From NCBI GenBank assembly GCA_965644315.1, contig CBFFRQ010000012.1:1-36486 (forward strand): a stretch of DNA of 36,486 bases, in the 5' to 3' direction. Every line of letters begins with the position of its first letter. The first letter of the stretch is position 1. This document shows positions 20,511 to 29,615 of this stretch, piece by piece. Position numbers and translations under genes: made by a program. The notes under the pieces are model-generated. The model did not search any database and was not told the DNA's origin. It saw only the letters and a list, made by a program, of their open reading frames with translations. Source of the stretch: Caecitellus pseudoparvulus. Lineage: Eukaryota > Protista > Bigyra: Bicosoecida.

Positions 20511-23500
20511 ATGTACTGTTGTGCTGCACGTTGCATGTGGCCGGCCGGGCCTTTGACCCATGCGGCACTGGCGTTTGCAGCTGAGGCTGTTGCGGCCAAC
20601 CTAGAGGTGGAGCTGGTGAATCTTTCGGTGCACGCCTGCTCGGGGAGCGCGTGGCTGGGTGTTCTCGACGTCCATCGTGGTCACGCTGTGTGTGCGGCTG
20701 GGCCGTGCTGCTGTGGGTATCGCTTCAGCTAGCCCAGGATGTGGAAGCGGCGAAGCGGGACTGGTTCGCTCCGCTGGCATGGCCTGGCAGTGTGGTGGGC
20801 TGGATACATCGCCGAGAAGAAGAGTCACTCCCACAGACTGCCATTGGCCCGTAAGGGGTGTGCAGACCAGGCAAGGGCTGTGTTTGCGGCAACCTGCACG
20901 GCCCAGTTTTCCTTTGTGACGGTGTGTGCAGTGCCTGCCAGGGTTTCTGCTTGTAATCCGTGGCCTCAGAGAGCTCGATGTACCTGTAGAACATCTTTTC
21001 TCGTTTGTCAGTCGCTTCAATTTTCATTGCGGCGTCCACGGAGCGTTTCCTATCCAGCAGTGACGGAGCGACGCTCAACTCAGCCGCATTGTGTGAGAGC
21101 ACCGTCACCGTCTCTTCTCCATGCTGGGGCGATAGTCTTGATCGTCCCATTACTGTACGGACGGTCATGACAGCTGTCCCAGGCAGTCCTAGGGTCATGA
21201 AATGCGCAGAGCACGCCATTAGCAAGCCCAGCAACACCCACAGGGCCAGCCAAGGCAGCCGCGATTGCAGGGACGACCACGTCCGATGGGGACATCAGGG
21301 AGGCACTGGGCTGCCACGCCCCCTTGTTCAGTTTGTGAGCAGCATCCTGACACTAGATTATCGCCAGCATGTGCAGCCATTGGCTCTGCTGTGTTGCAGG
21401 TCATCATGGCGATGGCCTTGGCAGTGTTTTGCTCTCCGCAAGTATGCCAAGCCTGCTGAGAAGCTCACCACCAGCCTGTTCTTGGGCGGACTGCGGATCA
21501 TGCTCTGGTTCATGGGCATTTCAGCGCAGATCGCAATCCTTGCCCCATCGGGCCCAGACTCTCTCCAAGCGTCAGCACACTCCCTGCACCAGTGGGCAGG
21601 CGCATGTGAGCTGGCCAGGCCGTGGACAGGCAAGCCCACCGCAAATCTGAACGGCACGCTGTTTACTCGCGATGCTGGCACAGACTCAGCTGGTGCAAGT
21701 GACATGGCTGTACTATCTAGCATCACAGGCTCCAGCAACTTTGCCAGCCTGCCGTCTGTGGCCTGTGCTGCAGGCGGCGGCGACCCATCTAGTCCAGGCA
21801 ACGCCGGCAACCTGTTCATGGTGGCGCTGGGCGCCTTCTTGCTCCTGGCATCCGCACTGACGCTGGGTCTTACCGAGCCTGCAGCTGGCACAACTCGTGG
21901 TGTGTGGCGCAGTGTGTTGCTGTGGCTCCCGGCAGCAGCATACGTCCGCCTGCTGCCTGCTCTGCTGCAGCTGCACGCCGAGTTGGTGGGACCGCGGCCC
22001 AGCACGAAGCACCGGTCGATGCAAACGCGCCAGCTGGTACCATGAAGGCTGCAGCTCCCTTCATCTTCCCCCTCATACTGCACATTCTGGCAGGCAGTGT
22101 GGGCTTCGTCGCCTTCATGGCTTGGCGGCAGTGGCGAGGAGCAAGCACTGCTGCATTGCGAGGCGCCACAGTGCGTGGCTTCCTGTCCAACGGCTACCGC
22201 ATCCAGATGACACCAGTACAAGCTCGGAACCTTGTGACTCATGCAGGCGGCCACAAGCACAGTGCCATCGCAGAGGCCGCTGTCGCTGAGGCTGAGCAAG
22301 CCCAGGCAGCTTGTTGGGGCTTTGCATGGCTCCTGCCCACACACACATTCCTTGCGATGCAGACCACCCTTGTCGCTGTCGTGGCATGTGTCACATGGCC
22401 GACCACTGACATCACTCTCCGCCTGTGTAGGGTGGGTGGTGTAGTACTGGGCAGCCTGCTTCTCGTGTGGTGGCGGCGGCCCTGGTGTCTGGAGGAGCTG
22501 ACTGACCTGGACGTCATGGCACATGGCGGCATCGTGCTGCAGGTGATCCTGGTGGGCGTGAACAGCCTCCGCCCACCTGCAGGTGTGCGTGGAGTCACAG
22601 ATACCTTCCTGTACATTTCACAAGGCGTCATTCTGCTTGCTATTCTGCTGGTGGTGGTGCGTGGGTACAGTTCAGCGGCACGGGCAGTGTTGGCTTGAGT
22701 TGGAGCCCCCATCCGGGCCCTGCTGCCTGAGCTGGACAGCGCGGACAGCGCAGGGGACAGCACTGTGGCGCAGATCGTGGACAGTCGATTGCCGACGCTC
22801 GTGGACATCTCATCAGCCCTGGCGCAACGACTGGTGAGGGGTTGTCGCATCAAGCCAGCCGCCCCACGCGCCGCCACCAGCTTGAGCACTGTGTTGTCGT
22901 TCCCTGGTGGCATGATGCAACAAGGGGTGACTGGTAGTCCACGTAGCGATGCTGATGCCGTGCTACAGGCATTGGGTCCAAGGGGAGCCGCCCTCGTGTC
23001 GGTGGCATTCTCTCCCAGCGCAGTGCCAACGAGCGGCATCACAACAGACACGCCAAGGGCGCAGCCAGGTACACGTCCAGCCCAGCCAACATCATTGTTG
23101 GACTTGCAGAAGACAGCATTGCTGTCCATCACGGAGGCAGGTGCAGGCAACGCCGCCAACCTACTACGCGCAGGCAAACTGAAGCCCACCTCGGCACGCA
23201 GCGATGAAGCAGCTGGTGCTGAGGTACAGGTCGCCTCGCAACCACAAGCAGGGCAAGCAAATCAGACGCTCGACCTTCCAGCCGGCCGTGAGAGTACACC
23301 AGGCCAGCTAGCAGCCCTGCCGATTCCTGCACCGGGGCGCAGCTCCCAAGCTGGGCTTGCAGACCTCAGCCATTCAATGCCTGGTGCACCAGGCACATCT
23401 TTGACCCACAATGCTGCCTGTCCGCGTGCAAGCTTTAGCGAAAGGGCAGAGCTTGGCAGGGGCGGCGGAGAGGTTGAGAACCCTCTGCAGCGCACACGCC

Positions 23501-23547
23501 GTCTGAACATGGGGCACATGGCAGACATTGCAGAAATGGTGGAGTAG
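20511..23547 (+). pseudogene. Disrupted Cys-rich/multi-TM membrane protein gene with low-complexity tail
   Basis: Successive ORFs 21005-22045, 21904-22698 and 22765-23547 carry many TM-like segments, joined by a frameshift and an in-frame stop. Cys-rich fragments lie upstream; the 5' boundary is uncertain. Confidence 0.5.
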
Positions 23548-24016
23548 CAGCGCACCCGGCAAGGCTCCTTGGCGGCGAGGCGGTCCTTTGACAGTCGAGG
23601 TCGGGTTTCTTCCACAAGCTCCACCCGCCGGTGCACCTCCTCCGCTCAACGAAGGAGCAGCGCCGCCAATCCCCGGCAATCGTGAGCAGCCGCCCAGATA
23701 CTTCGATAAGCAGAGAATGGATACATGGAATATATTTTCAGTTCTCTCCGACAAAAGGGTACAAATAGGATCCAGTGTATAGGAATACTCTGCAAGTTGC
23801 AGACCTGTGTGCTTGATCGTATTTGCATTCTTTTGGTTGTCATGATAGCTTGTTAAGCCGACAACCCCGCCCATAATCTTGACCGGGCCCGCCAATACCC
23901 AGGTAGTGTCGAGGCGGGGGCGGCCGAGGCGACTTCCGGCGCCGCTCTGCCCATAAAGGATAGGCGTGGCGGCTGGCTGCGTGGTCGTGGTGGATAGTAC
24001 TTATCCGGCGCACGAC

Positions 24017-25222
24017 ATGGGCATCACCTTACCGGAACTTGCAATGAAAGTGCTCAGTAAAGCCTGGTCCAAAAGCATGATACAGACAGTAGATGTGTCA
24101 CTGAGAGCGGGAATGCGGACACGCAGGTGGGCGGGGTTCTCTGTAAATATCACCAACTTCTAGATGAACTGCGCCTACAGATACTTGGCAGCGATCATGC
24201 GCAAAGTGACACGCCAAACCTCGTTAGTTATGTGTAGTGTGACCTTGGTGTTCTTTTCGCTCTGGCGCGGACCCTCAGCAGTCCGAAATTTTCGCACCGG
24301 AGCCTGGTTCCCGCATTTTCGACGGCACTGGGTAGCATGGGTCAGGAGCAATGTCGTTGGCTGCGAGAGCATTTGCGACAGATGGTGGGTGACGCCACCG
24401 GGGCCCTCGCGCAACATTGCATGGGCCTGCTGGGCAGCTACATCGCCACGCCAGCTGCCGGCAAGGAGGCGGCCAAGTACTTGGGCAGCAAAGCCAAGAG
24501 CTTCCTCATCAGGTCTCCCTTCTCACAGCAAGTTGCCCGACACGCGGTTCAGGTGCTGACTGTAGAAGCCGCCAATACCGAGGGGGTGGACAGCTTCGAC
24601 AAGGTGCTCTCTGGGAAGCTTGCAAGCCACAAGGCAATGATCGATAGCAAAGTAATTGAGCAGGTGGAAGCAGTGTTGCTAGACATGGGCTTGGCGGGCG
24701 GAGGTGTTGCGATGTGTCCGAGCGACCAGGAGCAGCACATGCGCATGCTGCTCACAGACAGTCAGCCATCAGTCGCGTGGAGGGCTGCATTTGAAGCGGG
24801 GCAACTGCCTCCGATCTGCAGCAACGCAGCAGAGGGCAGCTGCATCAGCCTTGCTGATGTTGCCGCGATTCATCAGCTTGGCATTGGCAAGCATCACACG
24901 ATACACACGTCTCACGTTTTCCCAGGCATCGACCATGTAACGGTTGGGCTGGAGAGGCTCGATACAGCCACCGTGGTGACTCTGTCCGTCCAGGAGTCAA
25001 GCATGTCACCCTTCCTTATCCACGCCAAGAAGAAAGCCATCCAAGCCATCTTGAGCAAGTGGAAGGCTGATGGCACTGAATTCCAAGATCCCCGTGGAGT
25101 AGCGCGGGAGCTGACATGGCTGACTGCGGTTCCAAGGTGGATGGTCCAGGATCGCGGAACCAGCCTAGAGGCGCCGGTCGGGATTGTCAGAAAGAGAGAC
25201 ATCGTGCAAGATGCGAGTGTGA
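24017..25222 (+). pseudogene. Unknown gene remnant, truncated at a telomere-repeat remnant
   Basis: ORFs 23966-24163 and 24164-24559 are in one frame separated by TAG, then a frameshift leads into 24337-. Protein-like sequence stops at GGTTAGGGGTTAG (25223), and the rest of that ORF reads through element A. Confidence 0.45.
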
Positions 25223-25235
25223 GGTTAGGGGTTAG
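25223..25235 (+). repeat. Interstitial telomeric remnant GGTTAGGGGTTAG
   Basis: Same strand as the terminal TTAGGG array, and located exactly at the junction with the first telomeric element. Confidence 0.65.
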
Positions 25236-25770
25236 CTCACTCAATGCATTGCAACTTGCCTCCGCACACTCTTGCACGGTACAGCTTGGGCATCACTCGT
25301 GGTGCCTTGCGTACCACAGCACACGAATGCACTGCAGTAGGCACCACAGCGGCTCCGAGGTTGCCGGCACCCCAGCCGGCAACCATGTTTCCCGGCAGGA
25401 GGGGCGGCGGGCAGTCCCACGCTAGTGGCACAATTGTCCCCCGCCGCCCCAACGCAGAGTAGACGACGGCAGGACCGGGCATGACAAAACCAGTCATTAG
25501 CCGGCCTCGTCACTCTCTTTCCTTTTTTTTCGAGATGGCATCGGATGATCCAGCTTCCAGCGACACGGAGGGCGGAAGCTGGGAGGACATCCACGACAAA
25601 ATGATGTCTGTCAACTCCGCCAAGCAAGCCAAGGCGCTCATAACGGAGCAGGAGTTCGAGTACTGGCTGAAGTGGGCAGATTCTGAGGATTTTGGTAAGA
25701 TGGAGGCCGCTTGGCGCCTCCGGGAGGTGCCCGAGGGATTCCGGGAAGATCGCATGCGATCCCTCATTGC
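25231..25770 (-). mobile_element. Telomere-associated element A (3' fragment with conserved terminal motif)
   Basis: Starts GTTAGCTCACTCAATGCATTGCA...GTACAGCTTGGGC (25279-25288)...AATGCA...CCACAGCGGC, homologous to the starts at 25771, 26473, 28996 and 31924. The right boundary is set by the next element. Confidence 0.62.
25535..25770 (+). CDS. Truncated hypothetical protein, antisense to element A and cut by element B
   Basis: ATG after a T-tract. MASDDPASSDTEGGSWEDIHDKMM...EFEYWLKWA... looks protein-like up to the GTTAG junction at 25771. Confidence 0.35.
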
Positions 25771-26472
25771 GTTAGCAACTCACAATGCATTTCACCTCGG
25801 CACAGCTTGGCACCGTACAGCTTGAGCGTCACACGGGCGCCCCACAATGCACCTCTGCACATGTAGGACGCCACAGCGGCTACCGCTTGGCGCGGATTCG
25901 CAACAAACACAGGCTTGCACCCGTTATATCTGCCGCCACTTGCTAGGGCAGGTCCCTGCCCGCTCCAATTCATCATCTTGGCCCTCCTCCGCTTCACTTC
26001 ATCCCTTGCTCCGCCAGCGCCAGACACCTGGGGCACACCAGAGCACACCCAGGCATCCGCGCAGTCTTGACAACAGATCATAATCCAAATTCCTCACCCA
26101 CCTCCTCTGTGGGCCTCATAGGCCTCTCTGTGCCTTCCATGAGGTTCCTGCTGCGTCTCTGCGTGGTCTTTCGGCCGGTTGCGTGGTGCGGAATTCGATC
26201 GCGCACACCAGCACCCGTGCGCACACACGCGCCCGCGCCACAGAGCGCATCGCGCGCATCAAGGGGGATACAGAAAGGAAAAGGACCTTCTTCTTCAACC
26301 CGTCACGCCCTGGTTTCGTGGTGAGTGAGCTTGCTTCATCGTCAGCCGCCATCCGGGCCGCGGCCGTGCAGCACTGCGGCTGCACACGCGCCGCGGCCCG
26401 AGGCGCGCTCCCGCTCACTCCACCGTTACTCGCAGGTTATAGAGGGAATAAAAGGTAAGGTCTTGGTCGTCT
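25771..26472 (-). mobile_element. Telomere-associated element B (702 bp, no convincing ORF)
   Basis: Begins GTTAGCAACTCACAATGCATT. It is a diverged tandem copy of 26473-27103 (offset 702, ~70-bp indel). Confidence 0.7.
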
Positions 26473-28995
26473 GTTAGCTAATCGGAATGCATTTCACCTC
26501 GGTGCAGCTTGTCACCGTACAGCTTGAGCGTCACACGGGCGCCCCACAATGCACCTCTGCACATGTAGGACGCCACAGCGGCTACCGCTTGGCGCGGATT
26601 CGCAACAAACACAGGCTTGCGCCCGTTATATCTGCCGCCACTTGCTAGGGCAGGTCCCTGCCCGCTCAAATTCATCTTCTTGGTCCTCCTCCACTTCACT
26701 TCACCCCTTGCTCCTCTCACGCCAGACACCTGGGGCTCACCAGAGCACACCCAGGTGTCCGCGCAGTCTTGACAGTAGATCATAATTCAAATTCCTCACC
26801 CACCTCCTCTGTGGCCCTCATAGGCCTCACTGCGCCCTCCATGAGGTGTGTGCTCCGCCTGCGCCCGCACCACAGAGCGCACCGCGCACGTCAAGGAGCA
26901 TACAGGAAGGAAGAAGACATTTTCTTCAACCCGTCACGCCCTGGTTTCGTGGTGAGTGAGCTTGCTTCGGCGTCAGCAGCCTTCCGGGCCGTGGCCGTGC
27001 AGCACTGCAGCTGCACACGCGCCGCGGCCCGAGGCACGCTCCCGCTCACTCCTCCGCTACTCGCAGGCTATACAGTATGTAGAAGGTAAGATCTTGATCA
27101 ACTGTTTCTTGCTACCGTGGTTGTCACCACGCTTCACACAGGTTCATCACGTCAGGACGAACGTGGAGGGTAGGCCCGGCCACAAGCGTGGCTGTTCCAC
27201 GCCTCGCCCGCCCGCCTGCGTTCCGCCTTACTCCTCGCTCTCTTCACAGGAACTACCGAGACCCTCCCCGTCATCATCAGCGTCTGAAGAGGCTGGTGGT
27301 GGCCCCATGAAGTGCTGCAGGGTCCTCTGAACCTTTCCCTCCGTGGACGGCACCTGGCCAGCCTTGGCAGGGAAGAAGGTGCCTGCCCTGCGGCGAGTGC
27401 GAGGCCTGCGCGTGTGCCGCGTGGCTGCTGACCGCACTGGCTGCGTGCGGCCAGGCAGCGGTGCCCCGCGTCCGTGTACCGCCCACCACAGGTATTCAGC
27501 ATGCCTCTGGACTGCAAGGTGCTGGGGATCAGTCATGCGCAACATGTAAGTGACTGTCACCCGCCACGCCTTTGCTGTGAACTCGACTGCGCTTCGCAGG
27601 ATGTCCCGCCATGCAGCTGGGGCACGGACGCGACCAGGACCAGCACGGTGGACAAGGTGGGGGTGGGAGAGGACAGCCGCCTCTCTCATGGACACAAGCT
27701 GCTCGTCGTCGGCCAGTCCCCACCGGTGGGGCCACTGCCCGCAGAGCAGGAGCCTGTGGAGGACCTCGAGGTCCCGCAGGCTTCGCGGCTCTGGGTCGGG
27801 GGCACGAAGGAGGGCCTGAAGGATCTTGGGGGGGATGGGCAGGCACTGCACTTGGCCCGCTGCGGACTCGGGCACAGCTGACCAGTTGGCAAGTTCCTTG
27901 AACTTGGCCATCGTGTGTTGGCGTGCCACGGTGAGTTCGTGGTGGGTGCAGTGCAGTAAGATGTGCACATGGAGCTGTTCGTCAGTGTTGAGTCCGCAGA
28001 TCGGACAGCACTCGTACAGTGTGGGTGCATCCCCTCCATGGAGCAGCTGCAGAGTTTGGAACTGGTGCACCATCACCCTGGTGGGTCTGTCGTCGGCACA
28101 GACCCAGAAGAGGGGGTTGACACCATGTGGCAGTGGGTGGAGCCACACGAAGTGCTGCGCACCAGGCCCGAGATGATACGGCCTGGGCTTCTGCACTTGG
28201 GGGATGCGGCTGTCGACAGTGTAGTGAGCAGCTGCACTCGGCACTGCCTGGACTACATGAAGATACGACGCAAGGACTTGGCGACGCAGTGCCCAGGGAG
28301 TGTCGGCCGGGAAGGCAGGGGGTTCGGCCATGGACGACGACTCGCTGGCAGCCACCCCAACCACCGCAGACCTGTGGAGGCCCGGGGCTGTCTTAAGTCC
28401 GGCAAGGACTTGGGCAAGGGCAGAGGCAGCATGCTCAGAGCCAGGTGCACATGCAAGCCGAAGCTGTGCAAGGTCTGGCATGCAGCCCAGGAGCCAGAGG
28501 TCCAAGAGGGCATGCAGTGCCCACGGAGCAGGGACACTGGCAGCCCGGAGCCGACCTCCATCAGCAATGGTGTCGACGATGAAGGTCGTCGACACCGAGG
28601 TGGGCATGAGGTCAAGGGCCTGTGGGATGGTCAGACACAGGGCTCGGGCAAGGGGCGTGTCCGAGTGCAGCATTCGGAGGGCCTTGATGAACATCCCGAT
28701 CCGCAGCTGTGTGAAGCGGATGTGGGCAGGCAGGACTCCACACAGAGCCAGCTTGGCGTAGCTGTGCGGGCGCATGAGTGCACTCTGCGAGCCGACTTGG
28801 GTCCTGTCGAGGGCGAGGGCGACGCCGCGGTCAACGTCACGCAGCGGAAGCAGGGAGCTGTTGGCTTGGGTGGACAGCATGTAGTCGGCGGCTGAGGTGA
28901 CAGTAGCACACCCAACTAGGTGCCGCTGCTGCACATCGAGCCAGGTGGCACTGAGCAGCGCGCCCGCAGTGAACCCGGCTTGGATGCAAGCAAGG
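26473..28995 (-). mobile_element. Element C plus 5'-truncated non-LTR retrotransposon (C may be its 3' UTR)
   Basis: Begins GTTAGCTAATCGGAATGCATT and is homologous to B up to 27103. It continues, with no other GTTAGC junction or poly(A), into the ORF2-like frame ending at 27228. Confidence 0.6.
27228..28994 (-). CDS. C-terminal part of a non-LTR (LINE) ORF2-like protein: post-RT region and CCHC zinc knuckle; RT core absent (5'-truncated)
   Basis: The frame is open right up to the AGGGTTAG junction. LALCGVLPAHIRFTQLRIGMF resembles the LINE post-thumb motif, and CPICGLNTDEQLHVHILLHC is C-x2-C-x10-H-x4-C. Confidence 0.65.
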   Translation of the reverse strand, partial: LACIQAGFTAGALLSATWLDVQQRHLVGCATVTSAADYMLSTQANSSLLPLRDVDRGVALALDRTQVGSQSALMRPHSYAKLALCGVLPAHIRFTQLRIGMFIKALRMLHSDTPLARALCLTIPQALDLMPTSVSTTFIVDTIADGGRLRAASVPAPWALHALLDLWLLGCMPDLAQLRLACAPGSEHAASALAQVLAGLKTAPGLHRSAVVGVAASESSSMAEPPAFPADTPWALRRQVLASYLHVVQAVPSAAAHYTVDSRIPQVQKPRPYHLGPGAQHFVWLHPLPHGVNPLFWVCADDRPTRVMVHQFQTLQLLHGGDAPTLYECCPICGLNTDEQLHVHILLHCTHHELTVARQHTMAKFKELANWSAVPESAAGQVQCLPIPPKILQALLRAPDPEPRSLRDLEVLHRLLLCGQWPHRWGLADDEQLVSMREAAVLSHPHLVHRAGPGRVRAPAAWRDILRSAVEFTAKAWRVTVTYMLRMTDPQHLAVQRHAEYLWWAVHGRGAPLPGRTQPVRSAATRHTRRPRTRRRAGTFFPAKAGQVPSTEGKVQRTLQHFMGPPPASSDADDDGEGLGSSCEESEE

Positions 28996-29120
28996 GTTAG
29001 CTACTCAATGCATTGCAGATTGCCTCCATGCAGGCTACATCATGGTACAGCTTGGGCTTGGACATGTGGTGCCACCTGCGCCACAACAGAATGCAGTGAC
29101 ACAGACACCACGACGGCACC
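28996..29120 (-). other. Conserved structured 3'-terminal RNA motif (also at 25231, 25771, 26473, 31924)
   Basis: Invariant CAAGCUGUA next to a hairpin that differs in sequence but keeps pairing in all variants, enclosed by a UGCAUU/AAUGCA stem and ending in GCUAAC. Confidence 0.6.
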
Positions 29121-29615
29121 GCTTGCACGGCTTTGCGACTAGCACAGACTCGTGTCCGTTGTATAAGTCGCCGTCTGTCTTGGCGCTTCAGCGCCCGCCC
29201 CGGTGGGATGGTCTTGAGGTGTAGGTCCAGGTCTCGGTCCACTCTTGTCTTGTCCGTCCAGTCCAGTCTCGTCCGTCTCGGTCCGATGTCCAGGGGTGGA
29301 GACCCGACTTGCTTGGCTTGGGTGGCGGTGTGGGCTGGAGGATATGGACTCGACACGGACTGGGTGTTGCTGAGATGCAAGCACACGACCCAGCCCGGCT
29401 GTCCCTTCGGCTCAGGTTTGGGGGCGGCCTCACAGATCTTGCTGCAAGTGCCTTCCCCTTCCACTGAGCCGAGTCCTGATGTGTTGGTATCGATGTTGGG
29501 TTGGTGATGGTGAGGTTGGGTTGGACTTTCCAATGTCCGATGTCAGCTATGTGCGTCGGTCGCGACACAAAGCTTCAGTCATGTGTGGCACAGGGAGTAT
29601 GCCCCCACAGGTGAC

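Noticed and set aside
28997-29533. 178-aa minus-strand ORF in the unit 3' region (and the ~100-aa ORFs in B and C)
   Set aside because: Non-ATG start, low-complexity content, and the frame is not conserved across motif copies; conservation is better explained at the RNA level.
29526-29546. Hammerhead-like CTGACAT...GAAA on the minus strand
   Set aside because: The core deviates from CUGANGA and no convincing stems I/III were found.
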